A stretch of DNA of 63,701 nucleotides, filler included, from Octopus bimaculoides (GCF_001194135.2; 9 parts of 9 records of this genome joined end to end with filler, not necessarily neighbours in it); one strand, 5' to 3'. Counted from the first letter of the whole stretch, positions 52,483 through 63,701 are shown. Translations and numbers: made by a program. Notes: generated by a model not told the origin, from the sequence alone.

Positions 52483-53960
52483 ATATATATATGTACACAG
52501 AGACAGATGCATACAGATATAGGTATATTTGTGTGTTGATATATATGTATGCATGAGTGTGTGCGCGTGCTTCTATATACATACATACATACATATATAT
52601 ATGCATATAGAAATATGTTTATATGCATATATATTTGTATATATATATATANNNNNNNNNNNNNNNNNNNNNNNNNNNNNNNNNNNNNNNNNNNNNNNNN
52701 NNNNNNNNNNNNNNNNNNNNNNNNNNNNNNNNNNNNNNNNNNNNNNNNNNNATATAGACCTCAATGCTCAACTGGTACTTATTTTATCAATCATTGATGG
52801 ACAAAAAGCAAAGTCGACTAAGCAGAGTTTGAACTTAGAACGTAAAGATGAACAAAATGTCATGAAACAATCCGCCCGGCGTTTTAACGACTGGCCTGCT
52901 ATGAGCTTTGATATTAATATTCATAGTAAGCTGATAAGACGGTGAACTGGCAGAACCATTAATACGCCGGACATGTGCTTAGCGGCATTTCATCCGTCCT
53001 AACATTCCGATTTAAAATTCCACCGAAATCGACTTTATCTCTTATCATTCACCAAAACTAGTGACTTAGTGCCAAAATCTTAAACCAGTATTTATTGTAA
53101 GCTAGAGAGGATCATGGATTGTATATAGACTCTACTTAAATTAATACAGTCAGAATTATGAGCTTCTTGTCGTTTCTGAATAGCATTTTCAACACAGCAA
53201 TTTCACATTATCGTTTGTATTGTACTCACTTGAATGTAATTTTAGAGATATATTAAAAAAAAACGCTGTCTGTTTTATACTTCTAGCTAATATTAGAACA
53301 TATATTAGAACATATATGGATGTTCTCAGCCATACTTGCCTCTTCTGATATATGCATATGCATACTTCCTTTCTCTCTTTCTTCTCCTCTCTCATTTATA
53401 TATATATATATATATAATATATATATATAATATATANNNNNNNNNNNNNNNNNNNNNNNNNNNNNNNNNNNNNNNNNNNNTTAATTAATTAANNNNNNNN
53501 NNNNNNNNNNNNNNNNNNNNNNNNNNNNNNNNNNNNATATATATATATATATATGCATGTATCCGGCAATGCGAAAGTATGTCTGTATATATATACGTAT
53601 AATTATATATGTATGTCTAAATATATATGTATTATGTTACGTGTATGCCCGTAAACACCAGTGTGTATATGAGGGTGAGGTTGCGCGCACACACACACAC
53701 ACACACACACATATACATGTGTGCATATGTGCGTGGATATCTGTGTATGTATGAGTACGTACATACAATGTATGTTTGTGTGTGCATGTGCATGTACGTA
53801 TACATGTTTGTGTGAGTGTGTACGTAGGTAGACGTTGTGAACGCAGGAGGTTTATGTCTATGTATTGTAAGAATATTGTTGCGTGTATTTTTTATATTTT
53901 TTTTCTTTTTGTACCTAATTAGAGTAACTTCCTTTTTATTCAACTTTTTTCATAGAGTCT

Positions 53961-54038
53961 GTTGCTATTATTAGCCGACGAGAATGCATCGTAGCTCTTC
54001 GCTCTGACATTCGAAACTCTGAGTACTATAACGACAAC
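53961..54038 (+). ncRNA. Extended type-I hammerhead-like fold with CCGANGA core
   Basis: Stem I TTA(T)TAG/CTATAA plus distal GTTG/CAAC across an internal loop. Core CCGACGA at 53975-53981, stem II GAATG/CATTC with a 21-nt loop, GAAA-CTCTGAG-TA (H17=A at 54025). Confidence 0.6.
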
Positions 54039-54117
54039 TTTTTACTGTTTATTCTAAATTATAACATATATAAATATCCTCTATTTATCAAATATCGAGG
54101 TCATATTCTTTTTTTGT

Positions 54118-54157
<40 letters not shown>

Positions 54158-55059
54158 NNNNNNNNNNNNNNNNNNNNNNNNNNNNNNNNNNNNNNNNNNN
54201 NNNNNNNNNNNNNNNNNNNNNNNNNNNNNNNNNNNNNNNNNNNNNNNNNNNNNNNNNNNNNNNNNNNNNNNNNNNNNNNNNNNNNNNNNNNNNNNNNNNN
54301 NNNNNNNNNNNNNNNNNNNNNNNNNNNNNNNNNNNNNNNNNNNNNNNNNNNNNNNNNNNNNNNNNNNNNNNNNNNNNNNNNNNNNNNNNNNNNNNNNNNN
54401 NNNNNNNNNNNNNNNNNNNNNNNNNNNNNNNNNNNNNNNNNNNNNNNNNNNNNNNNNNNNNNNNNNNNNNNNNNNNNNNNNNNNNNNNNNNNNNNNNNNN
54501 NNNNNNNNNNNNNNNNNNNNNNNNNNNNNNNNNNNNNNNNNNNNNNNNNNNNNNNNNNNNNNNNNNNNNNNNNNNNNNNNNNNNNNNNNNNNNNNNNNNN
54601 NNNNNNNNNNNNNNNNNNNNNNNNNNNNNNNNNNNNNNNNNNNNNNNNNNNNNNNNNNNNNNNNNNNNNNNNNNNNNNNNNNNNNNNNNNNNNNNNNNNN
54701 NNNNNNNNNNNNNNNNNNNNNNNNNNNNNNNNNNNNNNNNNNNNNNNNNNNNNNNNNNNNNNNNNNNNNNNNNNNNNNNNNNNNNNNNNNNNNNNNNNNN
54801 NNNNNNNNNNNNNNNNNNNNNNNNNNNNNNNNNNNNNNNNNNNNNNNNNNNNNNNNNNNNNNNNNNNNNNNNNNNNNNNNNNNNNNNNNNNNNNNNNNNN
54901 NNNNNNNNNNNNNNNNNNNNNNNNNNNNNNNNNNNNNNNNNNNNNNNNNNNNNNNNNNNNNNNNNNNNNNNNNNNNNNNNNNNNNNNNNNNNNNNNNNNN
55001 ATCATTGAAAGTCTTTTTGCTTTCTTTCTCTCATTCCCCTTTCTTCCCTTTCTTTCGAT

Positions 55060-55435
55060 TCATGAAATCGAACTTACCTATATCTCTTACAAATCCCAAA
55101 ATGAAAAATCTGATTGAAAAATCACCGTACGGAATAGTAGACGCCAACCAAAAAATCCTAAAAAACACCTCAAAAGGGCAGAATTCAAATCAGAGAATGA
55201 ATCAGAATTCTTAGTAAAAGAATGTGGAGATAATAGATATGGAACATGCAACAACAACAACTTTGGATACTTAGAAAGTGGTTCCCACATAAAATTCAAG
55301 AGCGGATCCCTTTTCAAAATAAATGCAGATATGAACTGCAAAACGCAAAACCTCATATACTGCATTACCTGCCCAAACTGTAGAGAAAATTACATTGGCG
55401 AAATAGATAATTCCCTCTGCCAACGTACAATGACT
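55060..55435 (+). pseudogene. Penelope-like element linker + GIY-YIG endonuclease fragment
   Basis: SRRQPKNPKKHLKRAEFKS...VKECGDNRYGTC...FKINADMNCKTQNLIYCITCPNCRENYIGE. LIY...YIG are the GIY-YIG motifs, with the PLE Cys pattern. Confidence 0.85.
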
Positions 55436-55637
55436 AAATAAATTAATTAATGGTAAATAGGATGAGAGATCCCCCCTCCTCTCTCTCCCTCTCTATACCT
55501 ATTTACCTGTCTATCTATCTATCAACCTATCTACCTANNNNNNNNNNNNNNNNNNNNNNNNNNNNNNNNNNNNNNNNNNNNTTAATTAATTAANNNNNNN
55601 NNNNNNNNNNNNNNNNNNNNNNNNNNNNNNNNNNNNN

Positions 55638-55954
55638 CACGGAACAGTTCTCAAAGAGAATCTGGACCGAGACAAATTTGTGGGGTATGAGTTGATCTAT
55701 ATATAGCGTTAAGAGGGCTCCAAATGCCTTCAGAATTTTACTCTATCACGTGACCTTATTAGGGGCCGTGATTGGTCAGTTTGCGTTCTGGCGGGAAAGG
55801 TTCGAAGAAGTTGCCGATTCGAATAATAATCAGTCACGTGATGACAAGGAATGGGTTCTCTACTACGCTCGCATTTATTTATATTTAAATGAGAAGATTG
55901 TATGTAATGGCGATAGTAGTTTTGTATCTAGTGACGATAGGTAGTTTCACTACA
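55638..55954 (-). mobile_element. 5' (U3) part of an LTR related to 5528-6449, cut by a gap
   Basis: Minus strand starts TGTAGTGAAACTAC. Shares TTTCCCGCCAG..GCAAACTGACCAA.CAC.GCC.CTAATAAGGTCACGTGATAG and a TATA-like box with the first LTR. Confidence 0.75.
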
Positions 55955-56344
55955 CACATGTAAGATCCCATCTTCTAAACACTTACAATATCGATATCTT
56001 TTTATTTTTATTCTCTTTGAAATAAATAGATACATTATGTTACGTATTCCTTCTTTATGCAATTGGTTTCTGTCACTGATGTCTCCTTTATTTTTGAAGA
56101 TGCATCAAATGAACTCAGAAAGGGAAGACAGATGAAACGCTACTAAGCATTTCACCCAGTGTGCAAACAGTTCTGCCTGATAACCACCATACTCTTTTAC
56201 ATCGTTATCATACAATGTCAAGACAAAGAAATGCAAACACTAATGCATACAAAGAGCTTCTTCCAGTGTTCCAGTGTCTATCAACCAAATCCACTCACAA
56301 AGGTTTGGTTAGCCCTGGGAAGGCACTTGCCCAAAGTGCCATGT

Positions 56345-56736
56345 TGTTGTCGGCACTCCATCGCTTACGACGTCGAGGGTTCCAGTTGATCCGATCAACG
56401 GAACAGCCTGCTCGTGGAATTAACGTACAAGTGGCTGAGCACTCCACAGACACGTGTACCCTGAACATAGTTCTCGGGGGGGGGATATTCAGCGTGACAC
56501 AGAGTGTGACAAGGCTGACCCCTTTGAATTACAGGTACAACAGAAACAGGAAGTAAGAGTGAGAGAAAGTTTTGGTGGAAGAGTACAACAAGGTTCGCCA
56601 CCATCCCCTGCCGGAGCCTCGTGGAGCTTTTAGGTGTTTTCGCTCAATAAACACTCACAACACCAGGTCTGGGAATCGAAACCGTGATCCTATGACCACA
56701 AGTCCGCTGCCCTAACCACTGGGCCATTGCACCTCC
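56345..56736 (-). mobile_element. SINE family C nested inside a family A SINE
   Basis: Reverse complement of 39253-39634 with an intact tRNA head. TSD GCCATGT at 56338-56344 and 56737-56743 splits the host SINE. Confidence 0.9.
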
Positions 56737-56869
56737 GCCATGTAGTAGGAGTGAACCCAAAACCATATGGTTGGGAAGTAAACTTCTTAACCACATAGCC
56801 AAGCCTGCACCTATTACTTTTAGGAATAGTTCCACGCTGGTGCCATGTAAAAGAGCCTGTGCCATCATC

Positions 56870-57430
56870 ATCATCATCATCCTTGTTTAACATCTGTCTT
56901 CCATGTTGGCATGGGTTGGATGACTTAACAGGAGCTGGCCAAGCAGGAGCTAGCATCAGACTTGAGTCTGCTTTGGCACGGTTGTTACGGCTGGATGCCC
57001 TTCCTGACACCAACCACCCAGCAGAGAAGATTGGGTGCTTTTTATGTGGCACCAGCACAGGCAAGATCAGTTTTGGCATGTTTTTTACAGCTGGAGGTCC
57101 TTCCAAATGCCAATCATTTTATAGTGTGGATGGGGTCCTTATGCTGGGGCCATGTAAAGCGTCTATACTGGTTGTCATGTAAAAGCACCCGTACAAGTAT
57201 CATATAAAGGCACCCATGCTGATCCCACATAAAAGCATCCATGCTATTGCCATGTAAAAGCACCCAGTAAACTCTGTAAAGTGGTTGGTGTTAGGAAGGG
57301 CATCCAGCTATAGAAACCATGCCAAAACAGACAAGTGGAGCCCAGGCAGCCCTTAAGTTGGCCAACTCCTATCAAACCATCCAACCCATGCTAGCATGGA
57401 AAACGGACGTTAAAGGATGATGATGGTGAT
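56870..57430. mobile_element. RTE-type 3'-tail repeats, tail-out inverted pair
   Basis: catcatcatc...tttaacatc...ccatgttggcatgggttggatg mirrored by catccaacccatgctagcatggaaaacggacgttaaa.gatgatg. Similar tails at about 32770, 38755, 40620 and 42500. Confidence 0.65.
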
Positions 57431-58084
57431 GATAATGAGACCATCTTGGAGGTGGTCATTTCGATTAAATTAATAACACAAAGATGGACTATCATTAAAT
57501 AATTAAAAATTGATTGAAGATCAACCTGTAGACAAATGATGGATTCTTTTGATGATAAAACTTAATATTGAATTAGCTTTTCGTAGATTCATGCAAAGCA
57601 GATGAGAAACAGGAATAGGATGAAGTAATCCGGACAACAGCTCGTGAAGTTATTAAAGAAGAAAGTAGGTACGAACTCAGATCTATTATTGTTAGAATAT
57701 AATAATGGAAGCTTTTCATCTTTCACTTGTTTCAGTCGTTTCACTGTGGCCATGCTGGGGCACGACCTTGAAGAGTTTTAGTTGAACAAATCAACCCGAG
57801 GTCACATTCTTCTCGAAGCCCAGTACTTATGCTATTGGTCTCTTTTTGCCAAACTGCTAAGTTACGGGGACATAAACACACCAACAACAGTCAAGTGGTG
57901 GTGTGGGACAACCACAAATGCAGAAACACACATAAATGTATACATATTGCCATGCGTATAGGAAACCATTTATATCTGTTGAGGGCTTATATGCCCCATT
58001 ATTTTCTTTAGTCATTGCATGGTAATCTCTTATAAGCTTTAAGCTTATAAAATATCATTATTATTTACAGAATATATATATATA

Positions 58085-58595
58085 CCGTAAATCCTCGAGT
58101 ATAATCCGCGTTTTTCCCCAAAAAATTTAAATGTCAAAATCCCTAGAGCCTACTATATACGAGGTTAAAAATGAAAAATATTTTCTAAGCAATGTCCGAG
58201 TCTCTATTTGCTGTCCGGCAATGTTTATTCAGACGCATTTTGTGATGGTTGGGCGGGGAAAATCCCTTAAGCTAAGCCTGAAAGCAATGAAGTCATAAAA
58301 GAATCATCCATAACTTGCAGTAAGCCAAATTAATTAAAATAAAAGTATTCAGAACACAGAATAACATGTAACAAAAACAATTTCATATTTACATTATTAC
58401 TATTATTTCTTTATTTTCTGCAAACAAAGTGCACAAAAAAAGCTACACGTTTGCATTGTTATATATACAATAATAATAAAGGACGTTACCGTATATACGT
58501 TTACAAACCAAGGACGTTATATAAAGCTCCTTAACTCAAGTTAGAGAAGGGGTGCGTATTATACACAAGGTTTAGGTTTTTCAGAGATACAGCCC
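58085..58595. mobile_element. Second copy of the pogo-like MITE, opposite orientation, cut by a gap
   Basis: ta-ccgtaaatcctcgagtataatccgc; interior is the reverse complement of 41632-42053. Confidence 0.85.
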
Positions 58596-58959
58596 NNNNN
58601 NNNNNNNNNNNNNNNNNNNNNNNNNNNNNNNNNNNNNNNTTAATTAATTAANNNNNNNNNNNNNNNNNNNNNNNNNNNNNNNNNNNNNNNNNNNNTCAAC
58701 CCACACGCACACACGCACGAACACATACACACACACGCACATATGTATGTGTCCTCTTTTGGAATAGTGGATCTCAGAGCATACAAAGCTTAAATGGTAA
58801 CATGTAGATATTGGGTTGGAATCGAAAGAATTTTTCAAGCCAATGTTTATGTTATTAAAAATTCATGTGCTTCGCGAACCAATGTTACGAATGAGAATTA
58901 TCTCACGTTCTCTCGAAGGTTTAAATATTCTTATGATGCCAACAGTGTGTGTATGTGTG

Positions 58960-59020
<61 letters not shown>

Positions 59021-59446
59021 NNNNNNNNNNNNNNNNNNNNNNNNNNNNNNNNNNNNNNNNNNNNNNNNNNNNNNNNNNNNNNNNNNNNNNNNNNNNNNNN
59101 NNNNNNNNNNNNNNNNNNNNNNNNNNNNNNNNNNNNNNNNNNNNNNNNNNNNNNNNNNNNNNNNNNNNNNNNNNNNNNNNNNNNNNNNNNNNNNNNNNNN
59201 NNNNNNNNNNNNNNNNNNNNNNNNNNNNNNNNNNNNNNNNNNNNNNNNNNNNNNNNNNNNNNNNNNNNNNNNNNNNNNNNNNNNNNNNNNNNNNNNNNNN
59301 NNNNNNNNNNNNNNNNNNNNNNNNNNNNNNNNNNNNNNNNNNNNNNNNNNNNNNNNNNNNNNNNNNNNNNNNNNNNNNNNNNNNNNNNNNNNNNNNNNNN
59401 NNNNNNNNNNNNNNNNNNNNNNNNACACACACACACACACACACAC

Positions 59447-59680
59447 ATGACCGGGTGCTGAAAAGTACCTGGCTTCGAGTAAAAAAAAAACTTCAGAAAG
59501 AATCAGTTAATTATGATTTGATTCAATATATTGCCCTCTTGGGTTTACACACTTATTACAGCGGTCCTTCAGTATTTCTAAGACTTGTTTAAAAAAAAGA
59601 ACTCGGAGGTTTGGACCTCCAACTAGGCGATATCCTATGCGATATCCTTTTAGCCAGGATTTTTTCAGCACCCTCTCCTA
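59447..59680. mobile_element. Mariner-derived MITE
   Basis: TIR gggtgctgaaaagtacctggct / agccaggattttttcagcaccc. Confidence 0.75.
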
Positions 59681-60922
59681 TGTATACACACACATACACG
59701 TGCGACAATTCATTTCACTTAGCGCCTGCAACATAGTATTTCAATTTGCTCATTTTACTATGTTTACTATGGGTCCCCTACAGCCTATGAAATAGCAGCG
59801 TATCTACGTATCTAGGACAAGAAGACATAATAATGAATATGATGACACTTATTTACGTAAATATGATCGTGGTTTTAAGCGAATTACCCAAGTAAATCAA
59901 GATTATTATCTACTGAACATGGTTCGCTTGCTTCCAAAACAAGCTAAAGGTTACGACATGACTCTCATGCGAACATAAGAAGCAAATTAGGCATATAGAA
60001 ATTTATTCATACGATAGGCAGCATCAAATCAGTAACTTTGAAATGCTTCAATTTCATAGGAGGGCATTTTCTACATTTGTTGAAATTCGATGCACAGCTC
60101 TAATAAGTACGAAAGAATTAACGGGGTCTCAAAAGAGAACGTTGTGAAAACTTCATGAACCGAAGTGAAACCTAAATGACAGTATTTGTAGAAACGTTGT
60201 GCTTTTTCATTGAGGTATCTTGTTCTTCAAAGATAAAGGATACCGTTAAAATTGTATGAAGACATTCTGTACGGTTATTAAATGGATTTCCTAAGCAGCT
60301 GTAATATAGCACGTGTTTTACCTATGATGGCGAAATTTACAGCAAAAGGGAGAGAATCATTTCTCGGTCAGACAGAATGGAAGAACCGGCATACTTACTT
60401 TTTAATTTAAAAGCTTCAAATGCTTTTTATTAATTTTTTTCTCTTACACAAAATGAAATAATTTTTTTCCCCATTTTCTTTGTCACTGGGAGCCTCCTTT
60501 TTATGAATCGTCGTCATGCCATGACTTCACACACAAATTAATTAGGCTCAACTAAGTTAAATCTAACATACTACGAAGTTTCATAAGAGAGAAAGGAAAC
60601 AGAAAATAGTTCAAAGTTTCAGATATATTTCATCTTTATTTTTTATTCATCCTATACCATAGACTATTTAGTAGTACAAAAAAGAAAGAGACAGGCAAAA
60701 ATCTTTTACACACAGGTGAGCCACAGTCTATGTTTATGCAACGAACAAATTTGGCGGGCTGGTTTTTGTAAATTCTTCTCAGGCGCACATAAGGATTTCT
60801 AGTGGCTATTTCGCACCTTTATNNNNNNNNNNNNNNNNNNNNNNNNNNNNNNNNNNNNNNNNNNNNTTAATTAATTAANNNNNNNNNNNNNNNNNNNNNN
60901 NNNNNNNNNNNNNNNNNNNNNN

Positions 60923-61900
60923 TGACTATGACTGTACTGTGTCTTTTTTCAAAAACTATACTACGTTTTTTTTATCAAATACTGTACTGTCTCCATCTAT
61001 AACTGTACGATGTAACTATCTACAATTGCACTGATTCTCTGTGTTACTGTACTATGTACCTGTCAATAACTGTATTGTTTCTGTATCTATAACTATATCA
61101 TGTAGCTGCTTATAGCTGTATTGTATCTGTCTATAACTGTACTGTATCTCTTCATCTGTAACTAAAATATGTAATTCTCTATGACTGTACTGCACATCTG
61201 TCTATAACTGTTCTGTATCTCTATTTACAGCTGTATATCTGTCTACTGTTTCNNNNNNNNNNATAACTGTTCTGTATCTCTATTTACAGCTGTATATCTG
61301 TCTACTGTTTCTGTATATCTGTACTTTGTCTTGAATTGTATTGTGGCTCTGTCTACAACTCCATAATTTTCTTGTCTCACCATCTAAACATGTACAGTGT
61401 CCTTCATATTACTGTACTATATCTTTTTCTGTAAACATATTGTGTATATCTATCATTTCCTATAATTTCCTTTTGTCTCTGCCTATAATTATGCTGTGAA
61501 TGGGTGTATAACTACACCTTGTATAACTGTATTGTTTACCTGCCTAAAACTGTAGTGTGTCCCATTTTATAACTGCAGTGTCTCTGTAGCTATAACTATG
61601 ATGTGTCACTATCTATAACTACTGGGTCTCTATAACTCTAGTGTCTATATCAGCAACTGTACAGTGTCTCTGACAACAGTAGTACTGTCTCTGTCTACCA
61701 TTATACTGGGGTGTCTGTATGTAAGATTTTATTCTCTCTCTCTCTTTCTCTCTAACTGTACTGTGTGTTTGTTTATAGATGCAGTGTACTCTGTCTTTGT
61801 CTATAATTGTACTGTATACAGAATATAACAGTACAGAGACAAAGCATAGCTATAGCAATGCTATATCTCTATAGTTCTGTTGATTCTCTGGGTATACTTG
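60923..61900. repeat. Degenerate minisatellite-like array
   Basis: About 1 kb built from variants of ctgtactgt(a/g)tct(g/c)tctataactg. Confidence 0.75.
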
Positions 61901-62120
61901 TACCAGAGTACATGTCTAATAACTGGACTATGCTTCTATCTATCAGGTTCTATCTATCTATCAACTTTTTGAACCATGAAAAATTTCTACCAGATTTTAC
62001 AGAGTCTTGAATTTTTTTTAACATTCTTTTGCAATTGTCTGATAATACTGACATAGACTTGCCCAAATGCATCAATGAATTAACAGTGAAATTTTTTTGC
62101 TGTTGTTACAATCATCTGAA

Positions 62121-62238
62121 ATGGAACTGTCAAAGCATGATATTCAAACAATTTTGCTATTCAACTCCAAAAAAGGACATAAAGCAGATGAAACTGCTTG
62201 TGATATCAATGAAACATTTGGTGAGGAAATGACCAGTG
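62121..62238 (+). pseudogene. Mariner transposase N-terminus, cut by a gap
   Basis: MELSKHDIQTILLFNSKKGHKADETACDINETFGEEMTS resembles the mariner HTH start (cf. FEFKMGRKAAETTRNINNAFG). Confidence 0.7.
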
Positions 62239-62389
62239 NNNNNNNNNNNNNNNNNNNNNNNNNNNNNNNNNNNNNNNNNNNNTTAATTAATTAANNNNNN
62301 NNNNNNNNNNNNNNNNNNNNNNNNNNNNNNNNNNNNNNGCACTTTTACTGAAATCATGGATTCCAAGAATAAGACCACACTTGAGTCAA

Positions 62390-63350
62390 GTTGAATGGTA
62401 TGTAAAAAATGTCACAGAACCGCTTTTATTAGAAGTAAAAAGGTCAGGCTTGTGTAGGATGAAAGATTGCAAAGATAAAGCACTCTACAAGAAATTGAAA
62501 ACGAATGAAACTGAAAATAGATGGGTAAAGAAAAGAATGCATGGTCAATTTCATAGGGATGTTGAAGATAAGACAGGCAGAGAGAAAAAGATGGTTGTGG
62601 CTAACTAAAAGTGATTTAAAACCGGAAACTGAGGCTCTAATATGTGCTGCCCAAGAGCAAGCACTAAGAACAAGCTACATAAAATACAGAATAGACAACA
62701 CAGCAGAAAGTGATAAATGCAGAATCTGTGGACAAAATGGTGAAACCATATGGCATATAACCAACCAATGTACGCGACTAGCCCAGAAGGAATATAAGAG
62801 ACGTCACAACAATATAGCCAGGTTTGTCCATTGGGCACTTTGCAACAAGTATGGACTTGACAGAGCAAAAAATTGGTATGACTACAAACCTGAAGGCATT
62901 GTTGAAAATAGAAATGCAAAGATCCTATGGGATTTTATGATTCAGTGTGACCATGAGATACAGAATAGGAAGCCGGACATAGTCTTAATTGAGAAATAAA
63001 ACAAACTATGCTGGATTATAGAAATAGCATGCCCAGCTGACAACAAAGTATGCAATAAGGAAGAAAGGAAAGTGGACAGATACGACAGGTTAGCTTGGGA
63101 AGTTAAGCAGTTGTGGTCACTGAAAAAGGTAGTAGTAGTACCAATAATTGTCTGAGCTCTGGGAACAGTGAGTAAAAATCTCGAGAAGTACATGGAACAA
63201 ATAGGGGCTGCAATAAGGGTGGAGCACTTGCAGAAAACAGCACTACTTGGAACTGCTCGAATACTCTGTAAGGTGTTTGAAAAATAAGAGTAGTTACCTT
63301 AGTTCACTGGTAGTGAACAGCTGACTCCAGCATTAGAAGCTGTGCAAAGG
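62390..63350 (+). pseudogene. 3' part of an R4/Dong-type LINE, little decayed
   Basis: HGQF...WL..SDLKPETEALICAAQEQALRT...KCRICGQNGETIWHITNQC...YKRRHNN...ILWDFMIQCD...RKPDIVLIEK*...IEIACP...VPIIV*ALGT...LQKTALLGTARIL. Tail (GAT)n(AAT)n. Confidence 0.92.
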
Positions 63351-63393
63351 CAATGATGATGATGATGATAATAATAATAATAATAATAATAAT

Positions 63394-63591
63394 CCTTTCT
63401 GCTATAGGCACAAGGCCTGAAATTTGGGGAGAGGGGTTAAGTTGATTACATCCACCCCAATACTCAACTGGTACTTAATTTATTGACCCCAAAAGGATGA
63501 AAAGCAAAGTCAACCTCGGCAGAATGTAAAGACAGGTGAAATACTGCTAAGCATTTTGCCCAGCATGCTAACGATTCTGCCACTCGCCGCC
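63394..63591 (-). mobile_element. SINE family B copy, tail-to-tail with the R4 element
   Basis: Reverse-complement family B body directly after (AAT)n. Confidence 0.8.
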
Positions 63592-63701
63592 TTAATAATA
63601 ATGATAATAGTAAGAAGATGGGGGGTAATGATGAGGAGGAGGAGGGTTTTGAGCACTTTTACTGAAATCATGGATTCCAAGAATAAGACCACACTTGAGT
63701 C

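Noticed and set aside
3826-59592. Long ORFs in the supplied track (poly-X, YIYI, CVCV, HTHT, poly-K/E/R/S/V)
   Set aside because: They run through N gaps or di/trinucleotide repeats and have no protein-like content.
60381-60400. ATACTTAC as the start of U1 snRNA
   Set aside because: The following sequence does not match U1.
60448-60517. Possible CTDSP first exon MTTIHKKEAPSDKENGEKNYFIL with a phase-1 GTAAGA donor
   Set aside because: Phase fits, but there is no similarity to the family's MDxxxIITQV start and an out-of-frame ATG-stop lies just upstream; chance is likely.
7303-62294. Recurring TTAATTAATTAA as a biological motif
   Set aside because: Always embedded in N runs; an all-frame-stop scaffolding linker.
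1-63701. CRISPR array, rRNA or prokaryotic operon
   Set aside because: No regularly spaced repeat-spacer units or rRNA-like sequence; the content is eukaryotic throughout.

Overview
Repeat-dense, gap-rich animal genomic DNA. Its SINE families and microsatellite density look like a coleoid cephalopod (octopus); this is an inference, not a database result. The only host coding sequence I can support is one minus-strand internal exon (41406-41560) of a CTD small phosphatase (CTDSP1/2/L, SCP family) gene, so most of the window is probably intron. Its first exon and catalytic DLDET exons were not found. The rest is mobile DNA: two abundant tRNA-type SINE families, a third SINE with clear TSDs, decayed R4/Dong-type LINEs ending in (TAA)n, an RTE reverse-transcriptase fragment, Penelope-like element (PLE) remnants, mariner relics, hAT/piggyBac/pogo/Merlin-type MITEs and two related LTRs. 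The most interesting signal is five type-I hammerhead-ribozyme folds, most of them in PLE-like terminal or inverted repeats. One has a canonical core, and two non-canonical cores each recur in two different elements. Other leads are a DR1 + octamer + homeodomain motif cluster, a gene-oriented LTR promoter upstream of the exon, a telomere-repeat Merlin-like MITE and a perfect 24-bp hairpin. Nearly all listed ORFs are microsatellite or N-gap artefacts.
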